From assembly GCA_040954595.2 (NCBI GenBank), contig CM082589.2, positions 2,287,498-2,351,497 of the forward strand: a DNA stretch of 64,000 nt. The letters run 5' to 3'. Below the pieces are notes generated by a model, which saw nothing but the letters and a program-made list of their open reading frames with translations, searched no databases and was not told the origin of the DNA. Every line of letters starts with the position of its first letter. Positions within the stretch are counted from its first letter, which is position 1. Shown piece by piece: positions 1-12,135 of this stretch. The stretch is from Balanoglossus misakiensis. Lineage: Eukaryota > Animalia > Hemichordata. The translations under genes and the position numbers were made by a program.

Positions 1-801
1 CGCCTTTGCCTAATGATTATTAAAGTGTATCATAAAGAAAGCACGGATAATCGTACGTCACGCTTCAAAACACGGCGGTAGAAATTACATTGCTTTTAGG
101 CCATAAACCCTGGCTTTTCCTCGGCGGAAATTTGCAGGGACCCTAGTACTTTCACGGTCTCCCTCCCACTTCCTCTCGCGTGTCACTTCAGCGGTGAAAC
201 TCCAGTTCCCCGCCAATTACATTTTCAAGGGAGCGCGTAACACAGTAGGTCGCGCCTGACAAACGCGGAGCACAAACACGGACGGGCGGAAAAGCGTTAT
301 TCATGAAATGCACAATCGAGCTGATCAGAAATGTACATTTATGGCGAGCGTCTGAATACGGAAACAGACCATGGCACCAGCGTATCCGAGACGTCCCACG
401 CTAAGTGCCTTCGTTGAAATGTAACACCACCGACAGTCTCAACACACACGGTCGCTACAACCATCCAGAATATCGTCATCTTTACGCGAATTGGATTACA
501 ATCTAATCACAAACACCTGAGATACTCCAACTGTACACGACATATTTTATCGCCCTTTCACGGAGAGTCGGATTTTCACTTCAAAGCTTGATAGCCGGTA
601 CCCATGTGATCTTTTTGAAATGTCAGAATTTGGCTTTTAAAAACTTCTCACTAAAACAGTTATGTACCATCAGACTATAGTGGCGGCAGGCGTTCACTGG
701 CAGTTTTAATAAAAACGTGAATTATTCAAAATCTTACACGGCAATAATATGAGAGTAGGAGTGATATTAAATGTAAACTTAAGTGTTGGATCTATGGGAA
801 A

Positions 802-1213
802 GTGAACAGTCCTACACCATACTTAACAATTCACATAAAGGAGTTATTTTTCGATTTCAACATTGATAAGTACAACCGGAAGAAATATAGTCCGAGCTTA
901 TCAGAAATATTAACCTTCCGAGTCCACGGGCATGATATGGTTGAATACGCGCAAAAACGGTTAGGGACAAATCTTTGCTTCAAAGGGGGTTAAAGACAAG
1001 CCTACCAAGAGGACTGAGTCTTCTTTTCCAGGAAAGACAGTTGCGGAAGCCGATGTGTTCAACCATGCAGAAGGGAAATATAAACAGGGAATATTCAACA
1101 TGCTAGCGGTCATGAGGCATCTGTCCAAAAATAAATCACTGTCACCAAAGTACACCATGCGTACCCGCCAGGTCAACCGGCAAAACACTAAAATGAAGTG
1201 CTTAAATTTATAA
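802..1213 (+). mobile_element. Possible decayed DNA transposase fragment (Kolobok/Mutator-like)
   Basis: AQKRLGTNL...KGG resembles the HVQKRMGTxLR...GGKG motif of these transposases. A frameshifted continuation reads GKYKQGIFNMLAVMRH. Broken frame; motif recall only. Confidence 0.3.
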
Positions 1214-4200
1214 AATTCGGCGATAATGACCAAGAATTTCAGCCAACAGACAGGATTACCTGTAGGGGCGCCCTGTTATCAACTAATCAAAAACTGTAAA
1301 TATCTACGCGCCGGTTTTTAAAAAAATATTGTGTCAACTAAGTCGATCTTTTGGCGGTAAAAGACTGTTCAAAGGAATAATAAATCTTACTAAAATTTTA
1401 AAATTGCATGATTCGGGTGAACATGAGTACATAAATCAAATTCACGATGAGTGACATAAATAATTCGAGATTAAAATGTAGTACCCCGTTGAGATGATGG
1501 GCGATCCGGTGCCTCAAAAAGGGTATTTCGTATTTCTTTTATTTTCCATGTATAGTACACATTTCCAAGAAATTCACCGGTTTAAAAGAACCAGTCGCCT
1601 AGTCCGCGGTCATGGCATGATCTTGATGGTATATACAGGGGTGGTTTTTGAAATTTCGAATTTAAAATGGCGGCTTTTAGATGTCGTCTGCTCATAAATC
1701 GATGGCTCATTTACAGCACCCGTATTACTCTAAGCCAAAAGACGTATGCCCACCGGACAAACGTTGCACAATTGGGTCAACACAAGGGCTCTCGCAATTA
1801 GTTCTCTGCAAAATTGCTTTTTCTCGAGTAAGTAACGTCTCTTTTTTCACCGCTCGTACCCAGACGTGTAATTTTATCGCGATTCTGATCTTCAAGTCGT
1901 GCGAGAGTCGTCCATTAATGCCAACGCTTTTTTCAGAGAATTGCATTTTTTGTGAAGATGGCTAATGGCTTTTATATCCTAAAAGCCAGCAAATTGCACC
2001 CAGAAAATGCCATCACTGTGTAAGTAAGTAAACCTCATGCTGACTTATTTTTGAAATGATAAAAGATATATTTCCAGTAATTCTCCATAAACAACGTGAG
2101 CCTTTTGGTTCCCGTCATTGATCATGGTTTGTCTTGTGATTTTACGATCACAATTGATCATTTGATCACCGTGTTAATTTACTGACATCTCCTAATGAAT
2201 TTATTTAAATTTGAATAAGATGGGATAAATCTCAAAATTTGTGATATTTCCTAAAAATTAATGAAGGGGGTAGAAAGATATATGGATTACAGAGAAGGAA
2301 AACTGACATAAACAGTAGGCCACTGGGAATACAGGACACCGGTGTTTAAATCGTGGCACGGACGATATTTGAAACCACAACAATCATAGAGACCGCGTTT
2401 TCAGACATAGAACCCATAAGGCCGGTATAATCTTTCTTTTTGGTCACACAGAGATGATCCCCTTCTCAACAGCTAGCGTTACGTCACGGGGGACACTAGT
2501 CATGACGTATTGATTTCAAAACATCCGCCAGTTGTCCTCGTGCGCCTTCATCTAGTAATACAGCGGATTGTCATCAAAGGGTGTACTTCATAACCACATC
2601 GCCTCATTTGATGTTTCTCTACTTAAATACATTATTATTCCTTTTGAAATGTGTTCTTAGAAAAAAGAATCGCATTTCACGTGGACCATTACGCCTCTCC
2701 CCAACATACACCAAACTCCGACTTCCTGTCTTCATCTTGAAGATTTGTTCGAGCCCATATTACTCCTTTAAAATATTGCTTCCGATTCCACTGGTATTGC
2801 CTGTACTGTACTCTCGATTGGAAATTTACAAGGGCATGCGGTGGAATTGAAAATAAATGAAACGAACAAGCCAGAGAAAGTAAATTGATTTCCAATGACA
2901 ACATTGTTCAAACTCTCGTATCGACCCAGGTTTTCAAATACTGCAGATTTTAATCTCGTCTTTTGTGCCGTAGATACGAATAATCTACAATTTGGTAAGG
3001 CAAACAGATTTCTTAAAGGGCCGTCTTTCGCGACTAATGGTTCGGAGCATGTTGGGCTGAGATTTGAATATTATGTTGGTAGTGCAAACCGGCAGCCTCA
3101 CTCTGAAATCCATCTTTCTGTCGTCTTCATCTGGAACCATCGACACTTTTCCATCGTTCGCTGTCCCCATCGTGCCGATGATGTCACCTAAGCTCCCGGA
3201 TGTGACAACGTGCAGGAAAATAATCCCATTGCACAATTCAGCTGGGAGGCGTAAAACCTGTCTGGTAAAGACGCGTGGAATCCCGTGTTACTTTAAGGAT
3301 TCCCTGTCGCAGTGGTTTGGGAACGCTGCAAAAAATTGCCTTATCCCCATATTACAGAGTTGCACAAACGAAGTCGTAATTTACGAGTTTAAGATATATC
3401 CATCATTGTATAAACAAAGAACCCCCGAGGACACTTCTGCATGTTTAATAATTATTCCAGCAAATGTTGTGTTTCTGTTAAGATTTATCTGGGAAAATGG
3501 CGCAGTTCCGCAAATGAGAAAAGAAAAAAATGCCATTTCTCTCAATTAGTTGTCAAATGTCAAGTGGTAAGGGTCTTAACCAGATGCATTTTAATCACAA
3601 ACAAGAAAACTGTTTTCTCGAAAGAATAAACCGACCATATACTGAGTTTCTATCTCAGTAGTCAAGATGACGTATTTGTTCAACAGATCAACTATCTAGT
3701 TATATAAAAAAACAATCGTGACAAATATGAATGTTATTTTTGGAAATTTGAAAGATGAGTTCTTCTGTAAGAATTATAGACCGTACGGTGGCTCAATTCA
3801 GTTAGACAACTAAATTCCACTTGGATTTCCGTAATTATGCGAATTCCGGTGCGATTAGCTGTTAGGAGAATTTGAAATCCGAACATACAATATAACTATG
3901 AAACTGCAATTCTACATGGATATATTTCAGTTTACCCCTCAGTTAATGGATTGCAACCCCCTATTTTTCAATGCCAGTGGTCGCGTCCCCTGAGTAGTCA
4001 ATTTGCCAGCGTGCACAATAAATGATTTTGCCCGCTTTCATCAATAACACGGGGAGGACATCATCTGATTTTGTATTCATTAAGACTGAAGACATGCACA
4101 GCGTATAAACGGGGAAGAAAAAATAGACCCGACCAATCTAAACGCAGAGGCTGCTTTCAAGACAAAGTTGAAATTGACTACACCCGCCAATTAAAGCAAG

Positions 4201-6576
4201 GTTGGCTAAAAAATCACAAAACAGATACTCAAGCGACCCCGAGTGAAATCAGATTGAATAAAAACAACCGCCCAATTGCTGCAGACAGTTTCGCCTTTAT
4301 TTTTCCCCCAGCAAAGCACAACTCGCGCACATAAATTCACCAGAGATTCATTTTGATCAGCGGTGCAGAAATGGCCGTGATTAGAAAAATGTGGGTGGGG
4401 GCTGGAAGATGGTGATTGTTATCATCGGGCTTAGTAACGATGCTAATACTCGCCAAGCTTCACTGATTTCATTGAATATTCCAAAAAAACATTGTGTGTG
4501 TTTGCATCATTCGATGACTTGAGTCAAGTCTGTCCAAACGACCATGAACAAAGAAACGACGTAAGGTTCTTGATATGTTACAGTAATAAAAAAATTGGAC
4601 TTATTAACGTGCCTTTATAAATACGTACAAACATGTCAATGTGATAGACACCGATCTTTGCACAATTTTGGAGAAGTCAAATGAATAGTCTGCGCATGCT
4701 CAATGTCTATCAAGGAAATAAGTGAAGTGGCTTTTTCTGAAAATTTTGGAAAAGGGCATCACGTGATTCTTCTAGTACTAAAATCTGGTTGAAAAATACA
4801 TCTAGAATAGCAAATTAGTTCAAGATTTTATGTCAACCGACGAATTGTATTTCTGTCTTTTGGAGGCAAATTACATCAGCGATGAAGGGAACTGATGAGG
4901 GATACATTGCATTGTGTGGTACAAACCTGAGGAGCTCTTTGTCTGGTCTTGTATCAAACAAAAGCCACTTGACGGATATAATATGATTGTGGGACTAATT
5001 AAGTCGGATGACATCCTTTTAATTGTCATTAATCAGAGTGCCAATCAAACTGCAAATTGAAATCAAATTTCGCCACTGTAAAGGTCAGTGCATCGTTACT
5101 GAGTTCCATTTAGGCAATTGTGAAAGCTGTTCAACGCTTAATTTCCCGCCATTGTGCGCACGCTGCCTCCACTGTACTCCTCGTTTTATTAGTTGTGAAA
5201 TTTGAAAGCGGTATCAAATAGCCTTTCTTGTAGTTTATAGAACCAATTTAAACGCACACAAAAGAGCGGAGCGGGCTACAAGAATGCGTTCACAGAAATT
5301 CTCATGTTTTCTTAATGTTTTTTATAAACCGCGTATGAAAATGACATTTTTTTCTTATTATGTTGTCATGAATTGAAGAAAATCTACACTACTACACCGT
5401 TAATGAAAATATCGACAGATGTACCTGTAAAACAGTAAACTGAGTAGAGAAACATTTTTTTATTTCAGCCGTGATTTGCAAATTTTGACATTTATTTAAT
5501 CTGCTTTCCCTGACAGGAGAAAGATTTCTTTATGATCAACTCGATTATTTATGGCAATGACCTTCAGTGAGATGTCTTTATGAACATAAAATACATAACT
5601 CACTCTCACACACCTGCTACAAAACCAACCCAGGTCATTCTTTTCGTCAATATTTTAAGTACACAACTGTATTATATTCTCACAAGAAGGCGCCAACGCA
5701 CAGCGAGACGACAGCTCACAAAGCCGCCCTAACGAATAAGGAAAAATTTAGCTGCAACTGAACACATATATCCTCATTTCCTAACGCAGAAAATTAACTG
5801 AAATGTTTTTATTTTTGATGTATAAATCGAGATCAAATAAACCGGTTTTGAAGAGCGGTTCTGTTATGTTGTTTCCTTTGCTATCTACGCGTGGTTCGAA
5901 AGGCGAATCTGGTAAATTATACCGGAGTTATAAGCCATGTAAATTTGCGTAGCGGAATGGTCCCCGAGCGCCTGATTTTGACAGGAAAGAATGATGAGTT
6001 AAGAAGCAAATGGAATCCGCAATCCAGGGAATGGGGGAGAGAGACGGCCGGTATAAAATATTTAAAACGCGATAGGCAGCTCGGATGGCTTGTGTGTGTG
6101 AACTGTGATGGGAGATAACACGACAGTACCACATACAAAGAGCAAACGGCTTCGCATCAAGTCTGGCCTGTACTAAGCGCCGCTGCTTGAATGAAAATCG
6201 AGGGGAAAATGCTTTATCTTGTGCATGACTGACAAAGACTGGACAACAAAGGATAAGATCACACCGAACACGGTGTACATGGCTGATAAACCCACTTCAG
6301 TGGATGTGCACTGAAGACCAACAAGGTGTGAGGCACACACATACATGTGGAGGAATACTTACAAATGTTAAGATTGCACGCCGTCAAACGAGAATTGACG
6401 GGGTAAATTTTTTGAATATGACGATTGCTGACCGCGATGATTAAACATCTTCGTTCTTGGCATTCACCGCGTGCCTTAATTGGTTTTAAGAACAAAAATC
6501 AAGGACCGCCGTGAACACTTAGAACAAGATATATTCTTCAAGATTTTTTTTCTCCCCTGCCACATCGACGACATAC

Positions 6577-7285
6577 CTGACTGCGGATTTTCGTCCTAGT
6601 CGAAATTTTCCCCGCTCCGTTCGTCTTTTCGTCGACAACCGGTAACAGCATACGTCGGGAGAATATTCTGATTTGTCAGAATCCCCATACTGATTGAGTA
6701 GAGGCCTTTCTCCATTCGAAGGGCGAGACTCTGAGCTCTAAACGGGACACTGACGTCAGCCGGTGAGCCACACATTGTCTCTTGATCCGCCATGACATCT
6801 TCGGTCGAAATTATCTGACGTTTCACTCACTCGTTCCTGTGATTTCGTGGGCTTCTTTTTGGTTCCAAAAGAAAACGACACAAGCCAGTTCCGTCCATCC
6901 GACCTCTGCCATAATGTCTGTCGAGAACAACATAATGAGTCAACGTTATAGTTCAGTTTCCCTCTATTTGGACAGGTTCGTCGCTGCCGGCCATGCCAGC
7001 GCTGAAGAAGGGACGGTCTGATCACGCCAGGAAAAGAAAGGGCGCAACCACTATGTGAAAGGTTTGCCAAATTGACAACATCCGCGGCGTTCTTGGGTTT
7101 CCCGTCGTAATCGTGGCGTTTTACGAGACATTGAAGACACTGCGCTGTCGGACAGAAGACCACAACATATCTAAAAGGGAGATCTTTCTCCTTGTCGAGA
7201 TGGGAAGTCAACTATAGTCGGAGAGGCGGTCCGATGAGTATACGTGCCGACTGACTGTAAGCTCGACTGCCTGCCTGATTAAAAT
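6577..7285 (-). other. Candidate first exon (mostly 5' UTR with uORFs) of an unidentified gene running off the left edge
   Basis: CpG-rich block downstream of the promoter, with strong donors CAG|GTATGT (exon end 6577) and CGA|GTGAGT (exon end 6831). The last ATG frame open to the 6577 donor reads MLLPVVDEKTNGAGKISTRTKIRSQ; no homology recognised. Confidence 0.4.
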
Positions 7286-7415
7286 GGACGGGCTGTTACG
7301 CTGCTTGTTTTATGCGCACAGAGATGATGTGATGTAAAATTCAAACAAGGCTGACCTTTCGTGCATCCATATTGGCGTCCCTAGGGAGCTGCCCAAATCG
7401 ATGCTCGCCAATTAA
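7281..7415 (-). promoter_or_regulatory. Minus-strand RNA Pol II core promoter (TATA-like + Inr + CCAAT boxes)
   Basis: On the minus strand CATAAAA (7314-7308) lies 29 nt upstream of Inr-consensus CCATTTT (A at 7285). CCAAT boxes at 7371-7375 (minus) and 7408-7412 (plus). CpG-rich. Confidence 0.5.
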
Positions 7416-9605
7416 GATGCAGCTCCACATCCCGCTTACCCAGTAATACGCTTACAGTGTCTTAATAAAACAACAGCCCAAGATATGGCGAGAATATCGC
7501 ATACCCATACACAGGCGAAGCATCCAGACCCGAACGCCCACGCAGTCGACGGACTTGATGAGGTGAAGCCAGCGTCACTGTAGCCAACAAGCGCCGCCTA
7601 ACCTCTCTGTTAAGAACCTTAAACACGCGCTGGCATTATGAATATTAAGTGACTGAACACCTAATAAAATTACGTTTTTCACGAAATCCACAAAAGATCC
7701 CCATTTTCTCTCCGGATTCACCTTACTAACAAAATGGCGGGGGTTGAATCGTTGCCCGACAAAAAAGCGCAAATGTTTCTATTCAGACTCGAATCCGCAG
7801 TGCCAAAGGTTGGCAACTTTTTCCCGCTGATTGTGTGCTATCATTGCGGAGCAATCTTGCGGGGCAGGTGTAGGCTAATGTAAAATAATCCCGTGTCGCA
7901 GTGATAGGGGCCGCTGCCATAGTCGCGCATAATCCGCTAGATTGTCCGTTAATGAAGGCCCACTAATACACTATAAATGGATGCGTGCATTGCAAGGCCT
8001 CCCAGAATTGAGCAGCTTCGTCTCTCGGGGGTTTCACCTGTCAGTCAGCATTTTTCATGAATATCAGCACGGGGGCCGCGCCGGATATTTTCTCCAAAAG
8101 AAAGTGATAACAAAACAAATCGATTTTCTCCCCCAATCAAAACGTTAACATGACATTAATTCTGTAACTTGAGACGTTTTCTGTTTTGAGAAAAAAAGGG
8201 CAACTCATTAATCACAAAATCATGGCAAAGATCCCAGGTTTCATTTAAACCTCACTTTACGAACAACAAGATGTTAAATCTCTTAATTTTATTGCACCCA
8301 AATCAATCGCTACAGTCAGTACAAAATCGTTGTCTCGATGACAAATTTGTCCTCCTAAATTTTTATAGCTGTTTGGGGATCGGGTCTCAGTGTTGGAAAT
8401 AAAAAACAGGCATCAACGTATATTTGTCAGGGAAAGATATAGCGAGCTGATGTGGCGCGTTGCATTACATGTATATGGTCGGCCAGGTCGTGAATAATAT
8501 TGGCTTACCGGGGTTAAAGGTGAGCAGTTGCCCTGTACTGCAGCTAAAGAGGAGAAATAAAACTATATCATCGGCAAAGTCATTGCGTGGTGGAAATCTG
8601 TGAAGTGCGAATTTCAGTCAGGGCACGTATTTACCCCGGGGGCGAGTTTCACTCTACCTTAGCAAAACTGCTTCCTCGTGCTGGGCGGATAATGTACCTT
8701 AAAATAATTTAGCTCATAGATATTGACAAAATATTGAATATTGGCCTGTCAAAGAGCCAACAGAAGGGATAATATCTGAGATTGATTTATCCCTTTCAGT
8801 TGTTTTTGTAATATTTTTCTTCACTGGAGATAAGAGTGCGCGACCTTTAACCTGATAGCGAGAAGAGGGGATTTATGGAGGCAACTAACGCGCCCATCCA
8901 TTTGCGGACAGCCGTAAAATGCTAAAATTTCATTGCCAGAACGAATCTTCTGCCCGGCTTGCTTGATTCTCAGCCATGCGATAATTCCAAGAGGCCCCGA
9001 CATAAGGGGATTCGGCGCCACCGTTGAACGGAAGGTCATGATTATTTCTTCTTCTTTTTAAAAAAAAGTAGTTCTGCACGCGCTATGATGTTAGTGAATA
9101 CCTCCGCGCGAAGAGCAAACAGCCCCAAACAACATCTGAATTGATGGGTGCAGATACGGTCAACAATGTAAAAAATGAATTATTTCTACAATAAAAGTTC
9201 AACATTGGTGTTTTATTGCGCATGTATGAGTTCCTGTCGTGCCAGGAAATTGGAACATAAAATGGTTATTTTAAAAAATAAGGCAGTATAATCTATGCTC
9301 TGCAGTACTGATAAAGTTTGAGGCTATCGATATGGAGAACTATACACCAAATCATTACGGTTTATGACAGCGATTGCTTCTTAAACCATAAATGATTCCG
9401 CGGTATCTCATGAAATTAAAGCTGTATGCAATAAAAATGCAGCTATGTCATCTTCTCTCAATTTCCCATTCCTTTGCTATTTATTTGACGTCAAACTGAA
9501 ATCAAATGTGCGAAAATAATATATGAAAAAAATGAGGGGTGGGTATATATTTCGGGTTACATTAAATTTATCTCAAACTCCATCTTTCCCCTGCGAACCG
9601 GGTCC

Positions 9606-9647
9606 CCCAACAAAACTAGGCTCGTCCCAAATAAAATCAGGCTCGTT
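9606..9647. repeat. 21-bp tandem duplication (cccaa..aaa...aggctcgt x2)
   Basis: Directly visible. Confidence 0.7.
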
Positions 9648-12017
9648 CAAGGCCAGCTAAAACCCACTGTTCCCCTCACGTCTACTGCGGGTCACGAAAG
9701 CACTTACAGCCGGCTAGCCGTTGTTGAAATAAAAAAAGGCGCGTTGCCAGTCAAGGATGACTCAGCCTTTCGGACAATGATGTATGATCAAATCCTTGTC
9801 ACCTAATCCGTCTTTGGTATTACCATCTTACCCTGTGTCGCGAGTAAAAGCGACCACGCCACCTGGGGCCCATATTGCCATGCGCAACGGACCATGAGCT
9901 TCGGACGTGGTCAACATGCGAAAGCAAATTCCAAGCCGTGTAGGTGTCAGTTGAAATCATTAGTTCTTGCGGCAGGTTTTTCAATAATGTGAAAATGCGC
10001 CGTCAAGTGACTGCGTGTTCTGTTCGCAGCGTGTAGCTCCTCATGTCGAATCTTAGCAAGAAAGAATACACACGCAATCTACTATGACTGCTATATACTC
10101 AAGCAATGATCAGTCTTTTAGTGTTTGCTCCGTGTTTCCAGTGTTTTAAGACATGAACATTTATTTCCCTATTCATCATTGCTTCACACGAACATACAAT
10201 GTGACCGACAAGATTTTACAATAGTAAAACGCTACTAAGAAACATCTGAATACGTAAAAAGGTGATACATGTAGATACCTGTGGTCGCCGCGCTGGTTGT
10301 TGTCAACGCTAATGTACGTGAAAGCCGGGATGTCGGCGCATGCGTTGAACTGCGATTCTCCGGGACAACATTTGCATGACTGTCCTATTCTGTGCCATTA
10401 ATTGAAGCATGTTTGCAGCCATTTTCAAACAAACGTGAAGTACAACACGCGATAAAGATATGGCACTTTCAAGGACCCTTCAAAAGAATCACCGTATCGA
10501 CGCGCCTAATACAGACTAACCACTGCATGGGTAGACAGCCTAGTTTGATAGGTATCGTCCCCGACAGGGGAATATTTTGAAGAATAAGAATTCAGAAGTC
10601 TCAAGACTGTGGGATAATCCTCTGGGATGATAAGATGCATTACTGTCAATTCGAGTTTACAGCTGATCATTGAGTGTGGAGATTGCTCGGATAAAACGCA
10701 ACAACAATAATTGCTGGCGAAATTGGCCAGTGAGCTGCCAGGCTCTCAATCTTGAAAGGTGTGTTACTCGGGCGTGTGGCTAATCTCTCGCAGCGACGCC
10801 ATTAGAGGGAGCGCGGGTTGGTTCGGCTTCCTGTTTTATCAGTCGGTTTGACAGGCGGTGACACGGCGTTGTAGTAAATGGCGGCTTTGTCATTTTCGAT
10901 GTCCCGGCGAAACAAACGAAGCGCGCAAAGAAATGACAACGAAGCGCGATTAGCGATGAAATAAAACAAGAAACGAACCTTATTGGCGTGTGTGTTGTAA
11001 TGGAATTTTAAAAGGGGGTGCTCGTCTACGGGAAAACGGCGCTTGAATGTGACGGGTTGATTGGATTTGCAGCTTGATATCATAGAGAACTGTATACTCG
11101 AGCCCTCCAGAGGATTGCATGTTTTTCAAAATGAAAAATCCGTATATGGGCAGATTCGTTTAGTGCTATCTTACAAGAAAGACTACTAACTCACAACGAT
11201 AGATGAATGCTTCTCTGTGCTAAATTTTTACATGCCCAACCCCGCAGCTCGAAACCTCGCAACGCTTTATGCATTCACTGACCTTTACAGTGTGTAGGTG
11301 CGCATCACAGGAAACGAAACGCACCGTTTCTTCCAAATGCATCGCCCATTATTGCTTTATCGCGAAAGATGGCACGAACAGATAACTAACAGACACCCAG
11401 TTTGATCATTCTCCCTCCAGCCGATTTATTTTCTTGCAAAGCCCATCCCCGCGTTTTGAACAGCATTCTATCAAAAGTTAAAATTTTACGAAACAACCAA
11501 AACAACAAGTATATCGTGACGAGCAGACAACAACAGAGTCTCCAATGCTAAGGGCAAGGCACTAACCGCCAAGAAAGGTCACCTTTAAATCAGCCAAAAG
11601 CTCTCAAATCACATTTGGCAATTACTGCCGGACGACCGGAAACAGATATAATGACACATAGCCCCCTTTCTCAGACTTAGTATTCCATTACTCAATTTTA
11701 TCTAATATCCGAGCGCTAACCCTTTCCTTGAAATACAATATGTAGGTGTTATCCAAACTTTTGGAAAGAAGAAGAAAAGAATACGAGTTTTCATATCCCC
11801 CCCCCCCTCTATCAAGTCCCACTGGTTGTCCGAGTCACTCAGAACATTCCAATGTATGTCATTTGATTACCTGAGCCTGGACCTTTGACTGAAATCCGGT
11901 TCTATGCTCTTGACGTAGAGTAATGTATCATTTGGCACTGAACTTTAGTAAATTTTCAAATCATGGTTTTTCAACGATTGTGCCACTTTGAAATTGAACT
12001 ATACGTGTTTAATGACA

Positions 12018-12135
12018 GTACAAGGGCTTGTAGACGACATTGTGCCCGATATTATATGTTAAGCGGTGAATATATTAAAGTTCACACCCTGAGGTAGGAA
12101 ATACAAAATGCTGATGGATGACACTGCTGTTTATA
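12018..12135 (+). mobile_element. Possible decayed reverse-transcriptase fragment
   Basis: Broken QG..TTLCPILY followed by MDDTAVY, similar to the RT QGxxLGPxLF and YADDT motifs. Very degenerate. Confidence 0.2.

Noticed and set aside
2689-3236. Possible minus-strand exons (GDIIGTMGTANDGKVSMVPDEDDRKMDFR; QDEDRKSEFG)
   Set aside because: Weak acceptors, no convincing in-frame join to the 6577 donor, no recognisable homology.
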